From NCBI GenBank assembly GCA_003565945.1, contig PXAH01000021.1, forward strand, positions 1-48,346: DNA of 48,346 nucleotides, given 5' to 3'. Each line of letters starts with the position of its first letter. The first letter of the stretch is position 1. Under the pieces are notes generated by a model. The model was given only the letters and a program-made list of their open reading frames with translations. It was not told the origin of the DNA and searched no databases. A program made the position numbers and the translations under genes. Origin of the DNA: Candidatus Omnitrophota bacterium. GTDB lineage: Bacteria > Omnitrophota > Gorgyraeia > Duberdicusellales > 4484-171. Positions 36,791-44,424 of this stretch are shown in pieces.

Positions 36791-36887
36791 CGTTCGACGT
36801 TCGATGTTCAACGTTCAATGTTCGATGTTCAATGTTCAACGTTCAACGTTTACTGTTGGTTAGACGTCGAACGTAGAACGTCGAACG
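36791..36887. repeat. heptamer tandem array (GTTCRAY x8 plus 2 decayed units) closed by 3 inverted units
   Basis: Exact 7-bp period from 36792 to 36847. Inverted GTCGAAC GTAGAAC GTCGAAC at 36866-36886. CGTTCGACGTTC (36791-36802) is the reverse complement of 36876-36887. Confidence 0.97.
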
Positions 36888-36898
36888 AAATATTAGAC

Positions 36899-37828
36899 AT
36901 GGCTAAAAAGAAGTTTGGTTTAGTTTTAGGTGGAGGCGGCGCCAGAGGGCTTGCCCATGTGGGAGTGATTAAGGCGCTTGAGTCTGCCGGGCTTGTTCCT
37001 GACTTGGTTGTGGGGGCAAGTATGGGGGCAATAATCGGAGGCGCTTACGCGCTTTTTGCGGACTCAAGAAAATTGGAAGAAAAAGTTTTACGGTTGGTTA
37101 GAGATAGAAGTATAGTTAAACTAGAGGCATTAGCCGCGCAGCGCAGCGAAGAAGAAAAAGAAATTATTTTTCAAAAGTTAGCTACCTTTGTGGCAAATTT
37201 GTATCTTTGGAATTTGCGGGCGATTAACGGTTTTATAACCGAAGGAAGCCAGTTTAAAAAAATTATTGACCTTTTGATTGAGGGCAAAAAATTCTCTGAC
37301 ACAAAAATTAAATTTGCCTGCACAGCTCTTGATATTAATTGGGGGAAAGAAGTCCTGTTTACCGAGGGAAGCTTATCCGAGGCGATTTTTTCAAGCATGG
37401 CCATCCCAGGTGTTTTTCCACCGGTAAAAAATGGAGATAAGCTTTTAGTTGATGGAGGAATAATTAATTTGGCACCGGTTGCTGTAGCTAAACAACTAGG
37501 AGCGGAAGTGGTTGTTGCTGTTGATGTAAGCCTTGATATAAAACCAGCTGAGTTTAAAAATGGCCACGATATTTTATTTCGTACCGATATGATTAAAGAA
37601 AAAGAATTGAGTAACCTTAAGATGCAAGCGGCTGAGGTAATAGTCAGGCCGGATGTAGGTGACTATAGTTGGGCTAGATTTTCAGGGGTGGATTCTCTTG
37701 TTCAAAAAGGAGAGGCCGCTATTAAATCCAGGTTGGCTGAAATTGAAAAAAAGATCTATAGCCGGGATAATCTTAAAAACAGGATTCTTAATTATTTAAG
37801 GCCTTCAAGGGGGAAAGGGAAAGCTTGA
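36899..37828 (+). CDS. patatin-like phospholipase (RssA/NTE type)
   Basis: MAKKKFGLVLGGGGARGLAHVGV (oxyanion GGGxRG), the GASMG nucleophile elbow and the DGG catalytic Asp motif. The track start at 36788 merely translates the repeat array. Confidence 0.9.
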   Translation: MAKKKFGLVLGGGGARGLAHVGVIKALESAGLVPDLVVGASMGAIIGGAYALFADSRKLEEKVLRLVRDRSIVKLEALAAQRSEEEKEIIFQKLATFVANLYLWNLRAINGFITEGSQFKKIIDLLIEGKKFSDTKIKFACTALDINWGKEVLFTEGSLSEAIFSSMAIPGVFPPVKNGDKLLVDGGIINLAPVAVAKQLGAEVVVAVDVSLDIKPAEFKNGHDILFRTDMIKEKELSNLKMQAAEVIVRPDVGDYSWARFSGVDSLVQKGEAAIKSRLAEIEKKIYSRDNLKNRILNYLRPSRGKGKA

Positions 37829-37840
37829 GGGTGGTTTCGT

Positions 37841-37869
37841 TTGGCGATAGTTAATTATCAGTCTAAAAT
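37841..37869 (+). promoter_or_regulatory. candidate promoter TTGGCG-N17-TAAAAT
   Basis: TTGGCG at 37841-37846 and TAAAAT at 37864-37869, then AAGGGGGTGG and the ATG at 37885. Confidence 0.4.
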
Positions 37870-37884
37870 AAGGGGGTGGTGGAT

Positions 37885-38613
37885 ATGATGCGTTCTGGTA
37901 ATCCCGCTTTGCGCGGCAATGCCTTTTCAGGGATTGGCGCCCGGACTTCGGAGCAGGCAATGAGCATACAGGGGGCTGTGGATAAGTCGTTTATTCTTTT
38001 TGGCTTAGTTCTGTTAAGTTCTTGGTGGGTATGGCAAAACCCATCCCGTTTCATCCCCTTTTTATTTCCGGCGCTTATTGCTGGGTTTATTTTAGCTATG
38101 GTGATAATTTTTAAAAAAGAGTGGTCACCGGTTGCTTCTCCGGCCTATGCTTTAGTCCAAGGGGTATTTATCGGAACGGTTTCAGCCCTTTTTGAAAAAC
38201 AATATCCAGGCATAGTAATTCAAGCGGTCGGCCTTACTTTCGGCGTACTTTTTTGTATGCTTATTGCTTATAGGTCTGGGTTAATTAAAGTTACGCATGG
38301 TTTCCGGCTGGGGGTGGTTGCGGCTACCGGAGGAATTGCTCTTCTTTATTTTGTGAGTATAGTTATGGGCTTTTTTGGGGCTTCCATTCCGTTTATTCAT
38401 CAGTCTGGGCCCATAGGGATAGGTTTTAGCTTAGTAGTTGTGGTTATTGCTTCTTTGAATTTAGTTTTGGATTTTGATTTTATTGAGAGAGGAGCTTCCG
38501 CTAGGGCGCCAAAATACATGGAGTGGTATGCGGCTTTTGGTTTGATGGTTACTTTAATTTGGCTTTATTTAGAAATGCTGAGGCTTTTAGCTAAATTGCA
38601 ACAGAGAAGGTGA
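37885..38613 (+). CDS. Bax inhibitor-1/YccA-like membrane protein
   Basis: MMRSGNPAL N-terminus followed by about 6-7 TM segments, as in the BI-1-like family. ATG at 37885 preferred. Confidence 0.65.
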   Translation: MMRSGNPALRGNAFSGIGARTSEQAMSIQGAVDKSFILFGLVLLSSWWVWQNPSRFIPFLFPALIAGFILAMVIIFKKEWSPVASPAYALVQGVFIGTVSALFEKQYPGIVIQAVGLTFGVLFCMLIAYRSGLIKVTHGFRLGVVAATGGIALLYFVSIVMGFFGASIPFIHQSGPIGIGFSLVVVVIASLNLVLDFDFIERGASARAPKYMEWYAAFGLMVTLIWLYLEMLRLLAKLQQRR

Positions 38614-38635
38614 GGCCGTTATAAGCGGTGTTCCG

Positions 38636-38680
38636 GCGGTCATCCTTCATCCATCGGAACGGGGTTTACGGGGGTAGTAA
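38636..38680 (+). promoter_or_regulatory. conserved leader element, copy B, upstream of the macro domain gene
   Basis: GCGGTCATCCTTCATCCATCGGAACGGGGTT (38636-38666), then TAC, then GGGGGTAGTAA, whose last A begins the ATG at 38680. GTTCCG (38630-38635) can pair with CGGAAC (38655-38660). Confidence 0.8.
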
Positions 38681-39207
38681 TGGCAGTAGTTATCGAATGT
38701 TTAAAAGGGGATATAGCTAATCAACCTGATTTGGATGCGGTAGTTAACGCTGCTAATGCTGATCTGGTAATGGGAGGAGGGGTTGCCGGAGCGATTCACC
38801 GAAAAGCTGGGCCGCTTCTTGAGCAGGAGTCGAGTAAGCTAGGGCCGATTAAGCCTGGCCAGGCAGTGATAACCGGTGCCTATGATCTTGCTAATAAGTT
38901 TGTAATTCATTGTTTAGGGCCGGTTTATGGACAGGATAAGCCGGAAGATAAGCTCCTTGCCGATTGCTACAGAAATGCTTTGATTTTGGCTGAAGAAAAA
39001 AAAATTAAATCGATTGGATTTCCAGCTATATCGGCAGGTGCCTTTGGCTATCCATTTAAGCAGGCAGCATATGTAGTTAGGGATATTTTTGTTGAAGTTA
39101 TCCCAAAGTTAAAACATATTAAAAAGATACGTTTTTTGCTCCACAGTGAATCTGGGCTAAAAGTATACAATCAACTAATAAAACCCATAGGCGGGTATTT
39201 GAGTTAA
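38680..39207 (+). CDS. macro domain protein (ADP-ribose / O-acetyl-ADP-ribose hydrolase type)
   Basis: 175 aa. GDI......DA.VNAAN..L..GGGV.GAIH..AG and the SI.FPAISAG.FGYP motif. Confidence 0.9.
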   Translation: MAVVIECLKGDIANQPDLDAVVNAANADLVMGGGVAGAIHRKAGPLLEQESSKLGPIKPGQAVITGAYDLANKFVIHCLGPVYGQDKPEDKLLADCYRNALILAEEKKIKSIGFPAISAGAFGYPFKQAAYVVRDIFVEVIPKLKHIKKIRFLLHSESGLKVYNQLIKPIGGYLS

Positions 39208-39227
39208 TTTAAAAAAAAGGAGTAATT

Positions 39228-39773
39228 ATGCAGCGAGTAATGATTTTTCTTGATGCTGAATACGTGGTTCAAAAAATGAAAGAGATGCACCGTAAGAACG
39301 TGGTGGGTAGGAAAAGTATTAATTGGCAAAGTATAATTGACTGGATTGTCAACGGCAGGAGGCTTATTCGCTGTTATTATTATTCGGCCGAATTTAGCAA
39401 ATCCGAAAACGAGAAAACTTACCAGGACCAACATACTTACCTAAAAAACCTTAAGTTTTCAATTCCCTGTTTTGAAATAAAATTAGGCCGGTTAGTAAGG
39501 GTTAATCAAGGCTGGGTTCAGAAAGGCTTAGATGTAAAAATTGCTTTAGATATGTTTGCTAAAGCAGTTTTAGACCACTATGACACTGCCGCTTTGGTTT
39601 CAGGTGATTCAGATTTCATAGATGTGATCAAAGAGGTTAAGGAGCGCTATGGTAAGCACGTTGAGCTTTGTACTTTTGACCGATCTATTCATGAGGCTTT
39701 AAGGTTTGTTCCGGACCGGCATTTGGTTGTAGATAAAACAATTGCCAGAAGGAACCGTTTTTTTAGCCTTTGA
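39228..39773 (+). CDS. NYN/LabA-like (DUF88) domain protein, putative RNase
   Basis: 181 aa. IFLDAEY at the N-terminus, KG.DV.IA.DM and the SGDSDF motif typical of LabA-like NYN domains. AAGGAG SD. Confidence 0.8.
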   Translation: MQRVMIFLDAEYVVQKMKEMHRKNVVGRKSINWQSIIDWIVNGRRLIRCYYYSAEFSKSENEKTYQDQHTYLKNLKFSIPCFEIKLGRLVRVNQGWVQKGLDVKIALDMFAKAVLDHYDTAALVSGDSDFIDVIKEVKERYGKHVELCTFDRSIHEALRFVPDRHLVVDKTIARRNRFFSL

Positions 39774-39804
39774 AAAATAAAATTAAGCGTTTTAAAAAAA
39801 AAGC

Positions 39805-39832
39805 TTGCATTATCCGCTTTATTTATTAAAAT
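39805..39832 (+). promoter_or_regulatory. candidate promoter TTGCAT-N16-TAAAAT, about 240 nt upstream of fusA
   Basis: TTGCAT at 39805-39810 and TAAAAT at 39827-39832. The spacer contains the first TTATCCGCT box. Confidence 0.35.
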
Positions 39833-39940
39833 AAGCTCTCATTCATTCTTATCCGTTCAATAACAATATTTAACGCAAGGAAAAACAAGCGGCAATAGGA
39901 CTTCATAAAACAGGGATATATGCAAAGAGTGCCAAGTTTT

Positions 39941-40043
39941 AATCAACGAATGTACGAATCTATTACGAATTTACGAATAAGATTTATTGAATTCGTATAT
40001 TCGTAGGGATTCGTAAATTCGCTGATGATTTCGTGAATTCGTA
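39941..40043. repeat. array of 4 direct TACGAAT-type units followed by 6 inverted ATTCGTA-type units
   Basis: ACGAAT at 39946, 39954, 39965 and 39973. ATTCGT or variants at 39991, 39999, 40009, 40017, 40029 and 40037. The arms pair as 7+7+7+5 bp helices. Confidence 0.95.
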
Positions 40044-40073
40044 GATGAAACGGATAAAATTTAACATAATATT

Positions 40074-42179
40074 ATGGCAAGAAGAGTTAATTTAGAAAAA
40101 GTACGTAACATTGGCATAATGGCCCACATTGATGCCGGTAAGACCACCCTAACCGAAAGAATACTTTTTTACAGCGGAAGGTCTCATAAAATCGGCGAGT
40201 CTCATGATGGTGCCGCGGTAATGGACTGGATGAAGCAGGAACAGGAGAGAGGAATAACTATAACCTCAGCGGCTACGACTTGCAGTTGGCAGGGCCATCG
40301 AATAAATATTATTGATACTCCCGGCCACGTTGATTTTACAGTTGAAGTTGAAAGGTCACTAAGAGTTTTAGATGGTACAGTGGCTGTTTTTTGCGCTGTA
40401 GGCGGCGTTGAACCACAAGCCGAAAAAGTTTGGCATCAGTCAAATAAGTACGCGGTTCCTAAAATTGCTTTTATCAATAAAATGGACCGGGCAGGTGCTG
40501 ATTTTTTCGCGGTAATCAAGGAAATTGAAGAAGAGTTAGGAGCAAACGTTATACCTTTACAAATTCCGATTGGGGCTGAGGAAAATTTTCGGGGTATAAT
40601 TGATTTAATGGAAATGAAGGCTTATGTTTACGATAGTGATTCACTGGGAAAAAATTTTCACATTGAAGATATTCCTTCTGAATTTATTGAACAGGCAAAA
40701 AAATATCACCACCTTATGGTTGAAAAAGCGGTTGAACTGGAAGATTCTTTGATGGAGAAATACCTTGAATCAGAGGATTTGATAACAAAAGAAGAGCTAA
40801 TAAAAGCTGTTCGAAAAGGTACAATCACCAACAAGATTGTTCCTGCTTTATGTGGATCTGCTTTTAAAAACAAGGGCGTTCAACGCCTTTTGGACGCGGT
40901 TAATCTATACCTTCCTTCACCGCTTGATTTACCTCCTATAGAAGGGTCTGATCCTCAGAATCCGGACAAAAAGATGGTAAGAGAGGTTAAAGATGACGCT
41001 CCTTTTTCTGCTTTAGCTTTTAAAGTTCAGTCAGATATGCATATGGGCAAGCTTATTTATTTTAGAGTTTATTCCGGCAAGCTTACTGCCGGCTCCTATG
41101 TTCAGAATGTCACCAAAGGGAAAAAGGAAAGGGTGGGAAGGATTTTACAGATGCATGCTAATGAGCGGGAAAGCCGCCCTGATATTTATGCCGGTGATAT
41201 CGCTGCTGCCGTAGGCCTTGATCATACTACTACCGGTGATACCCTGTCTTGTCTTGATAATCAAGTCATTTTGGAGGCTATGGAGTTTCCGGCGCCGGTT
41301 ATCTCAACTAGCATTAAGCCCGAGAGCCAGGCTGATCAAGATAGAATAGCTAAAGGTTTAAACCGCCTATCTGAAGAAGATCCTACCTTTACTGTCAATA
41401 CAAATACCGAAACAAAAGAAACTATTATCTCCGGTATGGGCGAGCTTCATTTAGAAGTTATTGTCGACAGGCTAAGGCGTGAATTTAATGCTTCGGCTAA
41501 GGTAGGTGCTCCTAAAGTGGCCTATAAAGAGACTGTTTTAGGAAGCGTTAAGGAGGATTATAGATACGTAAAACAAACCGGCGGCAGGGGGCAGTACGGC
41601 CATGTGGTTTTAGAGTTGTCAGCCGCTAAACCTTCAGAGGGCTTTGATTTTCAAAATAGTATTAAGGGAGGGGCAATCCCCAAAGAATATATTCCGGCTA
41701 TTGAAAAAGGTATTATTGAAGTAATGAAAAAAGGTGTTTATGCCGGCTATCCAGTTGTTGACGTGAAAGTAAATTTAGTGGATGGCTCTTACCATGAGGT
41801 TGATTCCTCCGAATTCGCTTTTAAAATGGCAGCCGGTGAGTGTTTCAAAAGAGCTTTTAACCGGTGTGAGCCGATATTGCTTGAGCCGCATATGTCTGTG
41901 GAAATCTTAACACCTGAAGATTATATGGGGGCGGTGGTGGGAGATATTTGTTCCCGCCGCGGAAAAGTTATAAACATTGATTCAAAGGATAAGCATCAGG
42001 TTATTTCAGCTGAAGCGCCTTTAGCTGAAATGTTTGGGTATGCCAGCAGTCTGCGTTCTTTAACCAGTGGCCGGGCTAATTACTCAATGCATTTTGAAAA
42101 ATATGTTGAGGTTCCTTACCAAATAGCGGAAGGCATTATTGAGGCGAAGAAAAAGGAAAAGGGTCAAAAGAAGACGTGA
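40074..42179 (+). CDS. fusA: elongation factor G
   Basis: 701 aa. G1 [18 protein letters not shown] and domain IV/V sequences. Not flanked by rpsL/rpsG/tuf. Confidence 0.97.
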   Translation: MARRVNLEKVRNIGIMAHIDAGKTTLTERILFYSGRSHKIGESHDGAAVMDWMKQEQERGITITSAATTCSWQGHRINIIDTPGHVDFTVEVERSLRVLDGTVAVFCAVGGVEPQAEKVWHQSNKYAVPKIAFINKMDRAGADFFAVIKEIEEELGANVIPLQIPIGAEENFRGIIDLMEMKAYVYDSDSLGKNFHIEDIPSEFIEQAKKYHHLMVEKAVELEDSLMEKYLESEDLITKEELIKAVRKGTITNKIVPALCGSAFKNKGVQRLLDAVNLYLPSPLDLPPIEGSDPQNPDKKMVREVKDDAPFSALAFKVQSDMHMGKLIYFRVYSGKLTAGSYVQNVTKGKKERVGRILQMHANERESRPDIYAGDIAAAVGLDHTTTGDTLSCLDNQVILEAMEFPAPVISTSIKPESQADQDRIAKGLNRLSEEDPTFTVNTNTETKETIISGMGELHLEVIVDRLRREFNASAKVGAPKVAYKETVLGSVKEDYRYVKQTGGRGQYGHVVLELSAAKPSEGFDFQNSIKGGAIPKEYIPAIEKGIIEVMKKGVYAGYPVVDVKVNLVDGSYHEVDSSEFAFKMAAGECFKRAFNRCEPILLEPHMSVEILTPEDYMGAVVGDICSRRGKVINIDSKDKHQVISAEAPLAEMFGYASSLRSLTSGRANYSMHFEKYVEVPYQIAEGIIEAKKKEKGQKKT

Positions 42180-42181
42180 CT

Positions 42182-42222
42182 CTTGACAATTTTCATTTGT
42201 TAACGCTTGGAAAATAGTCAAG
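42182..42222 (+). terminator. hairpin just after the fusA stop (possible terminator, weak T-tract)
   Basis: CTTGACAATTTTC (42182-42194) pairs with GAAAATAGTCAAG (42210-42222): 12 bp plus one A-A mismatch. Followed by GGTTTAATT. Confidence 0.4.
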
Positions 42223-42232
42223 GGTTTAATTC

Positions 42233-42281
42233 GCGCAGTGACTTATGTTCGCTCGCTACGCTCGTTCCATAAGTCACGCGC
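42233..42281. repeat. 14-bp-stem hairpin directly upstream of the fbaB SD
   Basis: GTGACTTATG (42238-42247) pairs with CATAAGTCAC (42268-42277), plus GCGC/GCGC across a 1-nt bulge. The 20-nt loop is TTCGCTCGCTACGCTCGTTC. Confidence 0.9.
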
Positions 42282-42298
42282 TCATTAAAGGAGGAGTG

Positions 42299-43351
42299 AT
42301 GAGCGAAAAGATAAGAGAGATACTTGGAGAAGAAGCAAAAGAGTTATTAGGGCATAAATGTCAGTCTATCTCGAAAGAGGACTTGCATCTGCCCGGGCCT
42401 GATTTTGTTGATAGAGTTTTATCCGGAAGTGACCGGTCTAATAGTGTTTTACGAAATTTACAGCAAATTTTTAGCCATGGACGTTTAGCTAAAACCGGTT
42501 ATCTTTCTATTTTGCCGGTTGACCAGGGGATAGAGCATACTGCCGGAGCATCCTTTGCGCCTAATCCTATTTATTTTGATCCGGAAAACATAGTTAAGCT
42601 AGCAATAGAAGGAGGCTGTAATGCGGTTGCTTCTACCTTAGGAGTTTTGGGTATGGTCTCCCGCAAGTACGCTCATAAAATACCTTTTATCGTAAAAATT
42701 AACCACAATGAGTTATTGACTTACCCTAACACATATGACCAGCGGTTATTTGCGAATGTTGAACAAGCCTATGATATGGGGGCGATAGCTATTGGCGCGA
42801 CTATTTATTTTGGTTCGGATAGTTCCCGCCGTCAAATTGAAGAAATTTCAGAAGCTTTTTCTAGGGCTCATGAGTTAGGTTTAGTTACAATTCTTTGGTG
42901 TTATCTGCGTAATTCCGGGTTTAAAAAAGATGGAAAGGATTATCATACAGCGGCTGACTTAACCGGGCAAGCTAATCATTTAGGCGTGACTATAGAAGCT
43001 GACATTATAAAACAGAAATTGCCCACCTTAAACAGCGGCTTTACCGCGATAGATTTCGCTAAGACTCATCCCTTGGTTTACGATAAGCTTACCACTGATA
43101 ATCCTATTGATTTAACTCGTTACCAGGTAGCAAATTGCTATATGGGAAGAGCCGGGTTAATTAATTCCGGTGGAGCCTCCGGCAAAAACGACCTTCAACA
43201 GGCAGTTAAAACAGCCATAATAAATAAGCGAGCCGGAGGTATGGGTTTGATTTCCGGCAGAAAAGCTTTTCAGAAGCCAATGAAGGAAGGAATAGAGATA
43301 TTAAATGCTATCCAGGATGTTTACTTGGCGGAGGAGATAACCATCGCTTAG
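42299..43351 (+). CDS. fbaB: class I fructose-bisphosphate aldolase (FbaB/DhnA type)
   Basis: 350 aa from the ATG at 42299, after AAAGGAGGAG. Long stretches match E. coli FbaB as I recall it ([57 protein letters not shown]). Confidence 0.93.
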   Translation: MSEKIREILGEEAKELLGHKCQSISKEDLHLPGPDFVDRVLSGSDRSNSVLRNLQQIFSHGRLAKTGYLSILPVDQGIEHTAGASFAPNPIYFDPENIVKLAIEGGCNAVASTLGVLGMVSRKYAHKIPFIVKINHNELLTYPNTYDQRLFANVEQAYDMGAIAIGATIYFGSDSSRRQIEEISEAFSRAHELGLVTILWCYLRNSGFKKDGKDYHTAADLTGQANHLGVTIEADIIKQKLPTLNSGFTAIDFAKTHPLVYDKLTTDNPIDLTRYQVANCYMGRAGLINSGGASGKNDLQQAVKTAIINKRAGGMGLISGRKAFQKPMKEGIEILNAIQDVYLAEEITIA

Positions 43352-43362
43352 GTACAGTATAA

Positions 43363-43434
43363 GGCACTTCGCCGAGTAGCTCGGCTCAGTGCCGTTGAAA
43401 ATAGAGGTATTCCCTAAATAGTATCATTTTCAAC
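43363..43434. repeat. two adjacent hairpins between fbaB and the ferredoxin gene
   Basis: GGCACT..GCCGAG-TAG-CTCGGC..AGTGCC (43363-43393), then GTTGAAAAT (43394-43402) pairing with ATTTTCAAC (43426-43434), ending at the GGGAGG SD. Confidence 0.9.
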
Positions 43435-43444
43435 GGGAGGTGTG

Positions 43445-43636
43445 ATGATGAAAGTTAAGGTGGATGCGGAAAAATGTATTGGTTGCCAGTTGTGTGTTCA
43501 GGTTGCGCCTGATTTATTTGATATGGCTGAAGATAAGGCGGTTGCTAAGTCAGAAACAGTGCCGGAAGGGCAGGAAGATATTTGCCGGGATGCTTCCCAG
43601 CAATGTCCGGTTGAAGCAATTCCGATAGAAGAATAA
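43445..43636 (+). CDS. small single-cluster ferredoxin
   Basis: About 63 aa. CIGCQLC....P..F and a C-terminal QCPVEAI. The start is ambiguous among GTG 43442, ATG 43445 and ATG 43448. Confidence 0.85.
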   Translation: MMKVKVDAEKCIGCQLCVQVAPDLFDMAEDKAVAKSETVPEGQEDICRDASQQCPVEAIPIEE

Positions 43637-43659
43637 AAAGTTTTTTAGTGGAGTTAAAG

Positions 43660-43700
43660 AGCCCGGAGCAAAAACTCCGGGCTTTTGTAATTTTTGCTTT
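43660..43700 (+). terminator. rho-independent terminator after the ferredoxin gene
   Basis: AGCCCGGAG (43660-43668), loop CAAAAA, CTCCGGGCT (43675-43683), then TTTGTAATTTTTGCTTTTTTT. Confidence 0.8.
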
Positions 43701-43704
43701 TTTT

Positions 43705-43953
43705 ATGAAAAAACCGAAGATAGAATATCCTGATTTTTGGGAGTATAAAATAATCGGCCAAAGCCGTAGAGAATTAAAGGAAGCCGCTGCCGAAGTAATA
43801 ACGGATAGAGCCTATAAGTTTTACTTTTCACGGAAAAGTAAAAAAGGTAAGTATATTTCGGCAAATGTAGAAACTAAAGTTTTCAGTGAATCGGAAAGAA
43901 ACAGTATTTTTTCCGCTTTTAGCAGGCACCCTAAAGTGAAGGTAGTTTTTTAG
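43705..43953 (+). CDS. DUF493/YbeD-like small protein
   Basis: 82 aa from the ATG at 43705. YPDFWEYKIIG resembles the DUF493 N-terminal strand. The track start at 43648 would read through the terminator. Confidence 0.5.
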   Translation: MKKPKIEYPDFWEYKIIGQSRRELKEAAAEVITDRAYKFYFSRKSKKGKYISANVETKVFSESERNSIFSAFSRHPKVKVVF

Positions 43954-44424
43954 ATGTTGATTAAGGAAGCTCTTGATTTTTTAAGAGGAAAAACTTTCAT
44001 AAATGTGGCTACCTGCGGCCCAGGGCAACGTCCGAATGTTGCTCCGAAATTCTTATTAAAGATCGAGGCCAATTATATATATTTAATTGATTATGTAAGA
44101 AATACAACCCTAAAAAACCTAAAAACAAACCCCGCGGTATCCATTTCTTCAATCAACCTAGATACATTAAAAGGTTATCAGATAAATGGTGTGGCTGAAA
44201 TTCTAAGAAAAGGTAAACAAAATGATTACAAGCGCCTTATCCAGGAATATCAACAAAAACAATTAGACTTATCAACTCAGCGGTTAATCAGGGCTCTGCG
44301 TACCGAAGGTAAGTCAAGCGGTTATGAGGCAGAATTTCCCGGAAAAGTAGCGGTGATTAAAATAGTAGTTAAAGAGGCGGTTGGGATTAGTTTGCGGGGA
44401 AATCTGGAAAGGGAAAATTATTGA
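43954..44424 (+). CDS. pyridoxamine 5'-phosphate oxidase-like FMN-binding split-barrel protein
   Basis: 156 aa. INVATCG..QRPNVAPK.. and VAVIKIVVKE resemble the PPOX-class barrel. Tentative. Confidence 0.5.
   Translation: MLIKEALDFLRGKTFINVATCGPGQRPNVAPKFLLKIEANYIYLIDYVRNTTLKNLKTNPAVSISSINLDTLKGYQINGVAEILRKGKQNDYKRLIQEYQQKQLDLSTQRLIRALRTEGKSSGYEAEFPGKVAVIKIVVKEAVGISLRGNLERENY

Noticed and set aside
36788-36898. The ORF-track N-terminal extension of the patatin gene (MRSTFDVQRSMFDVQCSTFNV...).
   Set aside because: It is only the in-frame translation of the GTTCRAY heptamer array from a TTG codon. The conserved patatin N-terminus (MAKKKFGLVLGGGGARG) starts at the ATG at 36899.
39920-40006. A 28-codon + strand ORF (MQRVPSFNQRMYESITNLRIRFIEFVYS*) spanning the TACGAAT array, considered as a leader peptide.
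   Set aside because: It is short, and its sequence is dictated by the repeat units. The only support is a weak AGGGA upstream. It is most likely fortuitous.
24905-40043. CRISPR interpretation of the repeat arrays at 24905-25016, 36791-36887 and 39941-40043.
   Set aside because: The repeat units are 7-14 bp with no unique spacers of CRISPR size. No cas genes are in the window, and the arrays contain inverted as well as direct units.
39774-40073. Calling the 300-bp fusA upstream region the chromosomal origin (oriC).
   Set aside because: The TTATCCGYT boxes match the DnaA box only in the TTATCC half, and there are only three of them. No dnaA, dnaN or gidA context is present, and GC skew cannot be computed here. 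It is kept as a low-probability alternative inside a finding rather than called as a feature.
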